In this document: piece after piece, positions 19,559 to 31,761 of the stretch
Position numbering within the stretch: the stretch's first letter is position 1
Layout of the letters: every line of letters begins with the position of its first letter
Source: Candidatus Magasanikbacteria bacterium CG10_big_fil_rev_8_21_14_0_10_47_10
GTDB lineage: Bacteria; Patescibacteriota; Patescibacteriia; Magasanikbacterales; UBA922
Direction of reading: 5' to 3'
Length of the DNA: 64,000 bases
Assembly (NCBI GenBank): GCA_002773135.1
Contig: PFCB01000023.1
Span: 1,018 to 65,017, forward strand
Position numbers and translations under genes: made by a program
The notes under the pieces: model-generated
Seen by the model: only the letters and a program-made list of their open reading frames with translations
Databases searched by the model: none
Told to the model about the DNA's origin: nothing

Positions 19559-20983
19559 ATGCATGCACGCAACATAGAAAAACCCTTTATTCTCACCATT
19601 TATGGTGCGTCCGGCGACCTGGCATACCTCAAACTTTTTTCGAGTATATACGCCATTGCTGAACAGAAAAGATTTCCCAAAGATTATCACATCGTTGGAT
19701 TTGGGAGAACCTCTCTTTCCAAAAAGGAATTCCGTGCTCGATTTGAGAAAGGCGTTCGCGACAATCTTGGGTATGCACCCAGAGAGAAAGTCTTACAATC
19801 GCTCTTACGCCATGTGTCCTATTTTCACGGAGAGTACAACAATCTGGAATCATTTAGACAATACAAATCATTTAGAAACGAACTGTGCGCGTCAAAACCT
19901 CACACACGAATAGAATATTTTTCCGTTCCCCCCGCGTTGTTTGGTGATATAGTAAAAAATTTGGCAGCAACAAAAAAAAGCAAAAAAGAAGACATCCGTC
20001 TTATCATGGAAAAGCCCTTCGGTCGAGACAAAGCATCAGCTCAGCAGCTGTTTCACTTTGTTTCCCAATACTTTTCCGAGGATCAATTTTATTTGCTCGA
20101 CCACTACCTTGGGAAATCATCGGTTCAAAGTATTCTCAATATGCGACATACCAATCGCATACTTTCCAATATCATGCGTGGTGAAGAAATTGCAAATATT
20201 CAAATTACAGCCTTTGAAACAACCGGCGTGGAAAATAGAATCGATTACTTTGAAGAAACCGGCATTGTTCGGGACTTTATCCAATCACATTTGCTGCAAA
20301 TATTTGCGCTTGTGACCATGAATATACCAAACCATCATGAAGCTGATAGTCTTCAACGCGAAAAAATGGCCATGCTAGAAGCCGCAGACTGTATGTGTGA
20401 TGGCGCGAACGTGGTGCTTGGTCAGTACAAAAGCTATCGCAAACAAAAAAAAGTGAAGCGGGGCTCAAAGACAGAAACCTTTGCTGCTGTTCGACTTTTG
20501 ATTGACAAGCAGGACTGGCATGGCGTTCCGATATATATCCGAACCGGAAAAAAATTAAAGAAAAAAAGCACGTACGTAGTCATTGAATTTAAAAAATTCC
20601 CATTTCAATCTGATAAGGAAACCCCAAATCGAATTATCATTGAATTCTTCCCGTTTCCAAAAATAACTCTTCAGATGATCAATTTTCAAGAAGGAATTGA
20701 CACCTACCAACACCTGAATGCCAGCGCATCCATTGCCTGTGACATTGAAGGTTGTCTTCCTGAACATGCAGATCTCATATTAGACGCCATAAACAAACAA
20801 AAACTTCATTTTTTAAGTTTTGGTGAAATTATGGCTAGTTGGGATGTGGTCGATGAAATTGCAGACAATATAGAACAAGGGCATATTTCAGTGACGCCAT
20901 ATGCCGATCATTCAAACGGCCCGGCGAAACAACATATGCTCACCAATAAGGATGGTTTTGAGTGGGTGGAATTGCCCAGGTAA
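19559..20983 (+). CDS. zwf: Glucose-6-phosphate 1-dehydrogenase
   Basis: GASGDLA, EKPFG, DHYLGK, QSHLLQ, GVPIYIRTGK. Confidence 0.95.
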   Translation: MHARNIEKPFILTIYGASGDLAYLKLFSSIYAIAEQKRFPKDYHIVGFGRTSLSKKEFRARFEKGVRDNLGYAPREKVLQSLLRHVSYFHGEYNNLESFRQYKSFRNELCASKPHTRIEYFSVPPALFGDIVKNLAATKKSKKEDIRLIMEKPFGRDKASAQQLFHFVSQYFSEDQFYLLDHYLGKSSVQSILNMRHTNRILSNIMRGEEIANIQITAFETTGVENRIDYFEETGIVRDFIQSHLLQIFALVTMNIPNHHEADSLQREKMAMLEAADCMCDGANVVLGQYKSYRKQKKVKRGSKTETFAAVRLLIDKQDWHGVPIYIRTGKKLKKKSTYVVIEFKKFPFQSDKETPNRIIIEFFPFPKITLQMINFQEGIDTYQHLNASASIACDIEGCLPEHADLILDAINKQKLHFLSFGEIMASWDVVDEIADNIEQGHISVTPYADHSNGPAKQHMLTNKDGFEWVELPR

Positions 20984-20992
20984 ATACTTCGT

Positions 20993-21625
20993 ATGCATGT
21001 TCAAACATTCACAGACAACAAGTCATTCATTCACAAAAGTGCTCAAATAATTATAGAGGCGTGTACGCAAGAAAAATCCTGCATTGGACTAAGCGGTGGG
21101 AAAACACCCATCCCAATATACCGTGAATTAACCCCACAGGATGTGGCGTCAGCGCAGCTGTATATGTTAGATGAACGGTACGTACCAGACAGTGACCCGA
21201 GATCGAATGTACATACTATTTCCATGGCGCTGCCACATGTACCGATTGAAAATTTTGATACATCGCTGCCAATTGAACAGTCATTGGCTGCGTATTCAAA
21301 AAAACTTCCCGAGATGTTTACTCTATGCATTCTTGGCATTGGGACAGACGGCCACGTTACGTCACTGTTCCCCCATTCTCCGGCACTTACTGAAAAAAAA
21401 AACGTGGCACATACAACGACCAACATTCTGGATGTTCGAGACAGATTGACAGTAACTTTTCCACTGATTGTATCTTCAAAAAAAATTCTTCTGGTAGCAG
21501 CCGGAAAATCAAAAAAACAAATAATTGATGACCTGCTCCATTCCAATAAAACAACGGATGAGTTGCCGGCAAAAAAATTGCTGGGACATCCAAACATCAC
21601 CATCCATTATCTGCAATCCGTATGA
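20993..21625 (+). CDS. pgl: 6-phosphogluconolactonase
   Basis: LSGGKTP, DERYVP, LGIGTDGHVTSLFP; follows zwf. Confidence 0.9.
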   Translation: MHVQTFTDNKSFIHKSAQIIIEACTQEKSCIGLSGGKTPIPIYRELTPQDVASAQLYMLDERYVPDSDPRSNVHTISMALPHVPIENFDTSLPIEQSLAAYSKKLPEMFTLCILGIGTDGHVTSLFPHSPALTEKKNVAHTTTNILDVRDRLTVTFPLIVSSKKILLVAAGKSKKQIIDDLLHSNKTTDELPAKKLLGHPNITIHYLQSV

Positions 21626-22248
21626 AACCCAAGCATGATAGGCTTATCATAATGGACTTTGACCATACCATGTTCAATACAACCACATTTGTGGCCGCGC
21701 TAAAAAAAGAATTTCAGGAACAGTTTGGCATTGACGAGGCGACGTTCGCAAAGTACAGAGATCACATCAAAAAATGCAACAAAGTGATTGATATTGACCG
21801 GTTTGTAGAGCATATACCGCATACAGACAAAACAGGCATGCATGAAACAATCAGAGACCTGCTGCACCGATGCGCGGACAAATGGATTTTTGACGATGTT
21901 CGTGAATTTATGAACAGACACCAAGACCGCTTTGATATTGCCGTTGTCACCAACGGAGATATAGAGCTGCAGTCTGCAAAAATACACAATAGTAAATTGC
22001 CGGGGTCGTTTCACACTGATATATCAACCGACCCAAAGCAGGAGGTCGTTGCCCGTCTTATTGCCCCGTATAAAAAAATCTATTTCATTGACGACAAACC
22101 GCGTACAATTGAAGCGGTAAAAAAAGCGCATCCCACGGTGCTCACCTACTTTATGACCCGCGACGAAGATCATCCGTACAAAGACGACTGCCCATCATGC
22201 CGCGGGGCGGACTACGCGGTCGCAGGCCTTACCTTTGATATCCCATAA
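21622..22248 (+). CDS. HAD-superfamily hydrolase
   Basis: MDFDHT, TNGD, FIDDK. Confidence 0.8.
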   Translation: MKPKHDRLIIMDFDHTMFNTTTFVAALKKEFQEQFGIDEATFAKYRDHIKKCNKVIDIDRFVEHIPHTDKTGMHETIRDLLHRCADKWIFDDVREFMNRHQDRFDIAVVTNGDIELQSAKIHNSKLPGSFHTDISTDPKQEVVARLIAPYKKIYFIDDKPRTIEAVKKAHPTVLTYFMTRDEDHPYKDDCPSCRGADYAVAGLTFDIP

Positions 22249-22249
22249 C

Positions 22250-22792
22250 ATGAAGGTTCGTATTTCTCTTATTTTATTACTTTTCACGGGCGCCGGCTGC
22301 GCTCCTGTTTTCAGACCGTCTATGCAACTTTCATCACCTGCTTTTTCGTCCAATCAATCTATTCCCGCAACCTATTCATGCGATGGAGACAATACAAGCC
22401 CGGAACTTCACATCAATGCAATACCGGAAAACGCGCAAAGTCTGGTGCTCATCATGGATGATCCGGATATACCGCAAGAAATAAAAGAAAACCGAGGCAT
22501 AGATGTATTTGACCACTGGGTGCTTTTTAATATAGCCCCCCAAACCACTGTCCTCGAACAGGGAAGCACGGCCGGTACTCCGGGTGCCAATGGACGAGGC
22601 GAAAGCGCCTACACCGGTCCGTGCCCACCGACACAATATCAGCCCACAGAGCACCGATATTTTTTCAAACTCTACGCGCTAGACGCAATGCTCAATCTCC
22701 CGGCAGGCGCGAGCAAGACAGACGTTGAAGCGGCAATGGAGGGGCACATATTGGAGCAAGCTGAGTTGATAGGGACATACGATCGGTCATAA
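22250..22792 (+). CDS. YbhB/YbcL (PEBP) family lipoprotein
   Basis: GAGC lipobox-like, DDPD, HWV, GPCPP, HRYFFKLYALD. Confidence 0.9.
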   Translation: MKVRISLILLLFTGAGCAPVFRPSMQLSSPAFSSNQSIPATYSCDGDNTSPELHINAIPENAQSLVLIMDDPDIPQEIKENRGIDVFDHWVLFNIAPQTTVLEQGSTAGTPGANGRGESAYTGPCPPTQYQPTEHRYFFKLYALDAMLNLPAGASKTDVEAAMEGHILEQAELIGTYDRS

Positions 22793-22802
22793 ATCCATAC
22801 CT

Positions 22803-23084
22803 CTAGGCTAACTCGGCTTTCCGGTTCATGCGCAGCCGGATTCGTTGTATAGCGTGCATTGCAGTTGTGACAAAAGCCGACATAATAGCCGCAATGCCCG
22901 TAAACAACAGACCGGCCTGGCCGCACGCTTCATACCCAACCTGTTTGGTAATTAACTCAATAAATGCCCAACATCCACGCTGTCCTCCATAATTCATGAA
23001 CATCAGAAAACCGATAATTGAAAACAGGGTTCCTCCGAATGTCCCTGCAACAAACTGCACCAACCTAGCATTATTTGACATCAT
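22803..23084 (-). CDS. Small two-TM membrane protein
   Basis: Two hydrophobic segments; fills the gap downstream of the DUF3048 gene. Confidence 0.55.
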   Translation of the reverse strand: MMSNNARLVQFVAGTFGGTLFSIIGFLMFMNYGGQRGCWAFIELITKQVGYEACGQAGLLFTGIAAIMSAFVTTAMHAIQRIRLRMNRKAELA

Positions 23085-23130
23085 ATATGAATTTCCCCCC
23101 CCTTGTATTTTGTTTCTTTGTCTCCTTCAC

Positions 23131-24240
23131 CTACCACTCCACCGAGTTAAACTGACTCACGACCTGTACCCATATCTTGCCAGGATGAAACGATATTTGT
23201 TCACCGGTATCATCCAGCCATTTTGTGCGCTCACGCAATTCTTCCTTTTCCCACGTGCCTTCAATGGCTTGCCCCCCTTGAAAAATAACAGCCTTTCCAC
23301 TCCCAATAGTATCAATGTTAAGGCGGCCGACATCATCTACCACGCGCGCGGTCACCAGCTGGACAATCACAGTGTCCGCATGAATTTCTTCACCATCTTG
23401 GTCAGCATCAACTCGACGAAACTCATACCTATCGTACACCCCGGTTTCACCATTATACTTCCACGATGGCTTGTATCCCCCACCACCATAACTCAGTGAT
23501 ATTGTTTGATCACAATCAGTCTCACACATATCAATATCATCTGAAAAATGCCAGGACTCAAACTCGTGTGGAGCGTCTACATCGGCATAGCGCTCCAAGG
23601 CTGCATTCCACAGGTTGCTTGACGTATACGCGTTGTGCGGCGCGAATCGGTCGGTGGCTCTCCAATAATACCAACCGCGAGAAAATTCATTCATGTCGAA
23701 AATGCTTTCTTTTTGAATTTTTGCCAACGCCTCAGGTGAACCCCCAACGTGCATGTACATAGTGCTTGGATATTCAAGCAACCAATCCAAATAATACGGT
23801 CGCGCGCTTCTTACCGGACCCACTTTCTCCGCTTCTTGAAAAGATGGGAAAATGGCCATAAGACGCGGGATGCTGCCTTCTACCGGCGCTTCATACACAA
23901 GCGATGCTTTGGCAATACCGGAAAGTGGCTGGGCGTCCACATGATTTTCTACCATCACGGCAACCAATTGCGGTGATTGCGCCCCGATATTGCCGACACA
24001 GACACCATCGATAAATCTCCGAAGCGCGCACGACCCTGTATTTTCCGTACCCTTATCACTGCGTGTTTCTTTGAGGCTTCTGCCTAAGTCTGTCTTTCTT
24101 GGTGTAACAAAAAACCACAGCGCGAGCATCACCGCAATGGCAATAATTATGGCGGACAGCACAAACATAAGCTGCTCAGCATCTTTTACATGCAACACTT
24201 TTTCTACCTTTCCCAAAAATGGATGCTTCTTTTTTGACAT
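23131..24240 (-). CDS. DUF3048 (YerB-like) membrane-anchored protein
   Basis: VMVENH..AQP.SG, YEAPVEG, GPVRSARPY, APHNAY. Confidence 0.88.
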   Translation of the reverse strand: MSKKKHPFLGKVEKVLHVKDAEQLMFVLSAIIIAIAVMLALWFFVTPRKTDLGRSLKETRSDKGTENTGSCALRRFIDGVCVGNIGAQSPQLVAVMVENHVDAQPLSGIAKASLVYEAPVEGSIPRLMAIFPSFQEAEKVGPVRSARPYYLDWLLEYPSTMYMHVGGSPEALAKIQKESIFDMNEFSRGWYYWRATDRFAPHNAYTSSNLWNAALERYADVDAPHEFESWHFSDDIDMCETDCDQTISLSYGGGGYKPSWKYNGETGVYDRYEFRRVDADQDGEEIHADTVIVQLVTARVVDDVGRLNIDTIGSGKAVIFQGGQAIEGTWEKEELRERTKWLDDTGEQISFHPGKIWVQVVSQFNSVEW

Positions 24241-24304
24241 ATATCAATCCTATCAAACTTTGGTAAAAGAAAAAAGGCTCATGCAGAGCCTTTTTCGCAA
24301 TGTC

Positions 24305-24994
24305 CTATTTCCCTTTTTCCTCTTTTTTCGCTTTTTCATCTTTTGCCTCTCCTTCTTCACCTTCCACCTCAGCCTTGCCTTTTTCTTCCACCTTAATATC
24401 TTCAATACTGCCGGCTCCCTCTTCTTCCATGGCCTTCAACTGGTCTTCGGTCAACGGAGGCGTTACCTTTGCAACCAGAGCCGTTGCATCTTCCAGTAGA
24501 GTAATTCCAGCAGGAACGTGAATATCCGCAACAGTAATAGTATCTTCAAATGTTTTTAAGGTTGTTAAATCCACAGCGATTGATTCGACCAAATCTTTTG
24601 GTAAACACTTTGCTGACACCGAATCCATAAACATCACGGTTGTTCCTCCGGCTTCCTTCTCTGCAGGAGACGCCCCTTCAAACTCAAGATAAATGGTGAC
24701 TTCTATGGCTTCATTCATGGTAACATGTCGAAAATCAACATGAATCATTTTTCCTTTTACCGGATCATATTGAATATCTTTCACCAAAACAGGAACTTTT
24801 TCCTGGCCCGGTATATTCAGCTCAATAATGGTCGATTCACCGGCATGTTCATACAATTTTTCAAATGCGACATATGGAACGGCAACAGAAAAAGCATCAA
24901 TATGCGGTCCGTATACAACCGCCGGAATTTGATTGGCTTCACGAAGCGTTCCCGCGTTTTTTTCTCTTGTTGTTGCGTCAAGTGCCAAAATCAT
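24305..24994 (-). CDS. rplY: 50S ribosomal protein L25 (CTC type)
   Basis: IPAVVYG, KDIQYDPV, HVDF, acidic tail. Confidence 0.95.
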   Translation of the reverse strand: MILALDATTREKNAGTLREANQIPAVVYGPHIDAFSVAVPYVAFEKLYEHAGESTIIELNIPGQEKVPVLVKDIQYDPVKGKMIHVDFRHVTMNEAIEVTIYLEFEGASPAEKEAGGTTVMFMDSVSAKCLPKDLVESIAVDLTTLKTFEDTITVADIHVPAGITLLEDATALVAKVTPPLTEDQLKAMEEEGAGSIEDIKVEEKGKAEVEGEEGEAKDEKAKKEEKGK

Positions 24995-24997
24995 ATT

Positions 24998-25327
24998 CTA
25001 GTCCTTCATGAAATGATAAATAAATTCTTTTTGTCGCTTGCGAATCATCTGGGCAAAATCTATGACAGCATTCTCGTCCAGACCGCTGCTGTCGCGCAGT
25101 CGCAGAACATCGCTTTCCGATAAATCAGTCAGCATGCCAACAGCGCCGACACCAAGACCCGGATCAACAATAAACGCAAGAACGGAATTTTGGCATTGCC
25201 CGCAGGTCATATGAACCAACTGAGCACCGCAATCCTCTTCAACAACGCGCATATTATCGATCACGTAGGCTGTTTTGCACAGCGGACAAGGCTGCAACCC
25301 ACGCAACCCCGGTAAAATATCTGCCAT
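24998..25327 (-). CDS. Hypothetical Zn-ribbon protein
   Basis: CPLC ... HMTCGQC; start at MADIL. Confidence 0.7.
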   Translation of the reverse strand: MADILPGLRGLQPCPLCKTAYVIDNMRVVEEDCGAQLVHMTCGQCQNSVLAFIVDPGLGVGAVGMLTDLSESDVLRLRDSSGLDENAVIDFAQMIRKRQKEFIYHFMKD

Positions 25328-25426
25328 AGTGAAAGTGGAAAGATGATACCAACTATTGATCGTTTTGTCAAGAAACAAGGGCCTCCTCACGATCGTAGTG
25401 AGTATACCACCCACGGCGCTCATGAG

Positions 25427-26533
25427 CTATCTTTTGTGGCTTGAACGCCCCAAACTCTGAACCATACCCAGCACACTATACCCCATTATAAGAGAAGAAC
25501 CCCCATAGCTGACAAATGGCAAGGGAACCCCGGTAACCGGTAGCACCCCTGTAGCCCCCCCTATGTTTACCATTATTTGAACGAATAAAAATAGCAGCAC
25601 CCCCATGATGGTATAGGCGGAGAAATCATCCTTTGCCATTTTTGCCAAACGAAGCAGGCGAAGCAACAAAATTAAATATAAGACAAGCAAAGAAAACAAA
25701 CCAACAAATCCCAGCTCTTCGCCAATGACCGATACGATAAAGTCGGTCTGCGCCTCCGGCAAAAAATGCAGCTGACTTTGTGATCCAAAGCCAAGCCCGC
25801 GACCAAAAAATTGACCCGACCCAATGGCGATAATGGATTGCGTGACATTGTAGCCACTGCCAAGCGGATCCAGTTCCGGGTTGAGAAACGTCAACACGCG
25901 CTCTTTTTGGTATTGTTCAAAAAGGAAAAACCACCCAACCACCGCAATCACGACCGCGGCAAGAACTGTCATAACGATGTACCTTTTTTTTGTGCCGGCC
26001 ATAAGTACAAGCCCGAACCATATGCCGACAAGAACCAATGATGAACCTAAATCCGGCTGTAGCAGTATAAGCCCCACATATAACCCTGTGGCAAGACCAC
26101 TTGATACAACAAACTCCCACGCGTCAAAGCGCCTGCCCTGACGGCTGATCCACCACCCAAGCATGAGTATCAAGGATGCTTTGGCAAATTCGGCGGGTTG
26201 AAATGAAAAGCCAAAAAAACGAAACCAGCCGGTTGTACCACGAATTGTCACGCCAAAAAACAAAACCAGAGTCAGCAACAGCAGGCCGACAATATAAATA
26301 ATCCTGGATGCGGACTCATAGCGTACTTTATGAATGTGGCTTGAAACAAGAAAGAAAATGAATCCAATACCAATGGCAACGGCCTGTGTTGGAAAATATA
26401 AAAGCTCTGTTCCGCGCGATAAATCAACACTGTAAATGGCCGCCAGGCCAAACAAGCTTAAAATAAAAAGAACGATTGTCAGCATCCAATCGTACCCTGC
26501 AAAAAAACCCTGTATTTGCCGCACATATTGCAT
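25427..26533 (-). CDS. rodA: SEDS family protein RodA/FtsW
   Basis: FQPAEFAK, QPDLG, FLPEAQTDF, GVPLPFVSYGGSS. Confidence 0.9.
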   Translation of the reverse strand: MQYVRQIQGFFAGYDWMLTIVLFILSLFGLAAIYSVDLSRGTELLYFPTQAVAIGIGFIFFLVSSHIHKVRYESASRIIYIVGLLLLTLVLFFGVTIRGTTGWFRFFGFSFQPAEFAKASLILMLGWWISRQGRRFDAWEFVVSSGLATGLYVGLILLQPDLGSSLVLVGIWFGLVLMAGTKKRYIVMTVLAAVVIAVVGWFFLFEQYQKERVLTFLNPELDPLGSGYNVTQSIIAIGSGQFFGRGLGFGSQSQLHFLPEAQTDFIVSVIGEELGFVGLFSLLVLYLILLLRLLRLAKMAKDDFSAYTIMGVLLFLFVQIMVNIGGATGVLPVTGVPLPFVSYGGSSLIMGYSVLGMVQSLGRSSHKR

Positions 26534-26538
26534 ACGCG

Positions 26539-27432
26539 CTATTGTCCGACAGGCAAATACGAATGTGAATCAAAAATATTTATCAAAGGTATCAATTCAA
26601 TACGGCTGACGCCGCCAACGTCCTGATAAAGACGATAGTCAACAGATCGCCTTTCGCCGCCTCTAAACGTGGGTTCAGACATGTGGACGACCCCCACGAC
26701 GTCATTCCCGCGGTATAACAAGACCAAAAAATCCGCCTGCCAATAACTGTAAACGGAATTGTTGGTCAAGTCAAATGTAAGCGTGCTCCCAATACCATCT
26801 TGGCTCTGGGTAAAAGCCAAATTTTCCGGTTCAAACGCAAGGCGCTCTTCTCTAAAACTTGCCGGGTCTGCAATGACATGTGTATCCAGACGCTCCCACA
26901 CAATGTCATCGACAACCAATTGCGCGCGAGCCGGAAAGCTTTCATTTTCAAAACCCAACAGGGGCGCATACGACTCCGTCCCCGGCAAAATGGTCACGGT
27001 CTGTGCCGGTGTTCGTCCTGTTGCAAACTGATACTCATAATGAATATGCGCGACAAACATAGGATTGGGATTGGATACGGGTGTGACCAAATCATATGTG
27101 TTTCGCGATCCCTGATACACCTGTGGCTGACCAAAAATAAGAGGCCGTGCCTCATACATATTTTGTCGACTCTCATAATTTGGAAACTCCAAAACTTGCG
27201 ACCGATACAGCGCCCTGTCCTGCCAGTAGTCGTACGCTATGTATTTCCCCCAAATTATCAGACCAATACCCACTGTAATTGCTCCCCAGCTGCTTAGGAT
27301 AATAACGATAATTTTGCGGAGCTGCAGCTTGTGACGCACAAACCAAATACCACGCTCCAGCCCCTTGCTCGAGAGCGAACCTGATGTATCCTGATATTTT
27401 TTTAATTTGTCTTCCTGCTTTTTTCCAAACAT
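26539..27432 (-). CDS. Hypothetical membrane-anchored protein
   Basis: Single TM plus beta-rich extracellular region; 5 nt from rodA. Confidence 0.75.
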   Translation of the reverse strand: MFGKKQEDKLKKYQDTSGSLSSKGLERGIWFVRHKLQLRKIIVIILSSWGAITVGIGLIIWGKYIAYDYWQDRALYRSQVLEFPNYESRQNMYEARPLIFGQPQVYQGSRNTYDLVTPVSNPNPMFVAHIHYEYQFATGRTPAQTVTILPGTESYAPLLGFENESFPARAQLVVDDIVWERLDTHVIADPASFREERLAFEPENLAFTQSQDGIGSTLTFDLTNNSVYSYWQADFLVLLYRGNDVVGVVHMSEPTFRGGERRSVDYRLYQDVGGVSRIELIPLINIFDSHSYLPVGQ

Positions 27433-27485
27433 GTACCGGTAGTATACACCAAAATGCCACTTCTTTCACCCCTTGTTTTCGCTGA

Positions 27486-29597
<2,112 letters not shown>

Positions 29598-29612
29598 AAT
29601 TTACCCGTTAAC

Positions 29613-29640
29613 AAAAAATCACCTCGTAAGGTGATTTTTT
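29613..29640. terminator. Bidirectional terminator
   Basis: AAAAAATCACCT-CGTA-AGGTGATTTTTT. Confidence 0.8.
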
Positions 29641-29691
29641 GTTTGTCCTCCTTTCTCCTATGTAGTGGCGATGCGCACATGCCGCTGCTGA

Positions 29692-30186
29692 TCAGTTGCG
29701 ACAGGTGGGCGCGAATGTGTTTTCCTTGTCCGTTGACTTGGGCCAGACGATGCCATCGCTGTACAGGCAGGCCAGACGCTCCGGCAGATCAGTCCGAGAG
29801 GCATTCACGGACAGGATGAAGACCAGTCGCCTACCCCACCAATCGTCATGCCACTCCAGCGTGTGTCCCTCTTGCTTTGCCCTCTCAAGCACCGTGATCA
29901 GCCGGTCGGCCGCGTCATTGATCATGTTTCGAATAGTGATCCGTTCACTGGTCGACGTGCTGAGAACGTCGGAGCAGGCGATCCTGGTCAGGAAGTTCAA
30001 GTCCTGCGTAAACCGCCGGTACGCATGCTGTTCCTCGCCGTCAGAGCGCTGTTCGAGCTGCGCGGCCCGAATGGTGCGCATCCGGTCCGTGCACCCATCA
30101 GACGTCTCATCCGACATCTGTGGCTGCGCGCCGCAGCCCGACAGGGCCACAGAAAGAAGAAAACTCATCCTCGCGATCGCGCGCAT
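29692..30186 (-). CDS. Hypothetical lipoprotein, GC-rich
   Basis: Signal peptide with LSGC lipobox; AAGGGA upstream. Confidence 0.65.
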   Translation of the reverse strand: MRAIARMSFLLSVALSGCGAQPQMSDETSDGCTDRMRTIRAAQLEQRSDGEEQHAYRRFTQDLNFLTRIACSDVLSTSTSERITIRNMINDAADRLITVLERAKQEGHTLEWHDDWWGRRLVFILSVNASRTDLPERLACLYSDGIVWPKSTDKENTFAPTCRN

Positions 30187-30300
30187 GTCATCTATCCCTT
30201 CATTCGGTTAGAATCAGCAATTCCACGACAACTCACTTTGCCGCGGATCTCGTGTTATATACCACAGTGTGGCCCCCTTGTAAAGATATCCACTCCCCCC

Positions 30301-30329
30301 TTGACAAATCCGCTTCTTTCCCGTATACT
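30301..30329 (+). promoter_or_regulatory. sigma70 promoter of secE-nusG-rplK
   Basis: TTGACA-17 nt-TATACT. Confidence 0.75.
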
Positions 30330-30418
30330 TCTTTTCGAACTGGCCAAAGGCCTTTTTTTAATAACTTGGTCAACGGGCTACAGATGGTAGACTGTCGACC
30401 ACAGACTGTCGCATGTCT

Positions 30419-30613
30419 ATGGCATCCGCTTTTCAAAAAATCAAAGACTACTTTCACGGCGCAATCAGCGAACTGAAAAAGGTGACCTGGCCAACCCGAA
30501 AACAAGTTATCAATTATTCAATCATGGTTATTGCCATGAGTATCGGCATTGCCATTTTTTTTGGCGTGCTGGACTACATCTTTAACCTTGGCCTGGGCGC
30601 CCTCCTTTCATAA
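30419..30613 (+). CDS. secE: Preprotein translocase subunit SecE
   Basis: ELKKVTWPT plus TM; precedes nusG. Confidence 0.95.
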   Translation: MASAFQKIKDYFHGAISELKKVTWPTRKQVINYSIMVIAMSIGIAIFFGVLDYIFNLGLGALLS

Positions 30614-30628
30614 ATTTGTTGCTTTTTT

Positions 30629-31174
30629 ATGGCCAAACAAACCCTGGACCTCGGCAAGCGCTGGTATGTGCTTCACACCTACAGCGGATACGAGGAAAAT
30701 GTAAAGAGAAATTTGGAACAACGTATAGACACCTTTGACATGAGTGACAAAATTACTGCGGTCATGGTTCCAAAAGAAAAAAAGATAAAAATAAAAAATG
30801 GGAAGCGAACAACCGTAGAAGAAAAAATATTTCCGGGATATGTCCTGGTTGAAATGGTCGTGACGGATGACAGCTGGTACGTGGTACGAAACACGCCTAA
30901 CGTCACGGGCTTTGTCGGCTCCGGTACCACCCCCACACCCATTGATGCCAAAGAAATGATGTCTCTTCAAGGACGCATGCAAGTGGCTGAACCGTCTCAC
31001 AAAATTGATGTATCAGTAGATGAAACAGTGCAAATTATCGACGGACCGTTTAAAAACTTTGAAGGAAAAGTCAGCGCCGTGGATGACTCACGCGGAAAAA
31101 TCAAAGTACTGGTTAATATGTTTGGCCGAGAAACACCGGTCGAGCTCGACGCGCTGCAGGTGAAAAAGGTTTAA
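30629..31174 (+). CDS. nusG: Transcription elongation factor NusG
   Basis: [21 protein letters not shown] motif, FGRETPVEL. Confidence 0.97.
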   Translation: MAKQTLDLGKRWYVLHTYSGYEENVKRNLEQRIDTFDMSDKITAVMVPKEKKIKIKNGKRTTVEEKIFPGYVLVEMVVTDDSWYVVRNTPNVTGFVGSGTTPTPIDAKEMMSLQGRMQVAEPSHKIDVSVDETVQIIDGPFKNFEGKVSAVDDSRGKIKVLVNMFGRETPVELDALQVKKV

Positions 31175-31185
31175 TAAATATATAT

Positions 31186-31611
31186 ATGGCAAAAAAACTC
31201 GTCACACAAATCAAACTCCAAGTAAAGGGCGGTCTGGCAAATCCGGCGCCTCCCATTGGTCCTGCGCTCGGTCAGCATGGGCTGAATATTCAGGATTTTT
31301 GTACGCAATTCAACAACGCGACACAGGACAAAAAAGGTGATGTCGTACCGGTCGTGATCAATGTGTATGATGACCGAAGTTTTGATTTTATTACCAAAGT
31401 TGCTCCGGCCAGCGAATTGATAAAAAAAGCAGCCAATATCAAATCAGGCGCTGCCAATCCCCTGAAAGATAAAGTCGGTAAAATTACAAACGCGCAACTG
31501 CGCGAAATCGCTGAGACAAAAATGCCGGACCTCAATGCCAATGATATTGACGCGGCAATGAAAATAATCGCCGGCACGGCAAAGCAGATGGGTGTGAAGG
31601 TCGAAGGATAA
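31186..31611 (+). CDS. rplK: 50S ribosomal protein L11
   Basis: [27 protein letters not shown]. Confidence 0.97.
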   Translation: MAKKLVTQIKLQVKGGLANPAPPIGPALGQHGLNIQDFCTQFNNATQDKKGDVVPVVINVYDDRSFDFITKVAPASELIKKAANIKSGAANPLKDKVGKITNAQLREIAETKMPDLNANDIDAAMKIIAGTAKQMGVKVEG

Positions 31612-31627
31612 CACCACCACTAAGACC

Positions 31628-31656
31628 AAAAAACTCGCCACATTGGCGAGTTTTTT
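31628..31656 (+). terminator. Intrinsic terminator after rplK
   Basis: AAAAAACTCGCCA-CAT-TGGCGAGTTTTTT. Confidence 0.8.
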
Positions 31657-31761
31657 ATTTGGAAAGAATATCTATGCACAAATGTTTCCACACAGGTCTC
31701 CCGCGCGTGTCAATCGCGCCTCGCCATCGTGCGTCTCTTTTGTTATACTGTGTACAACAAT

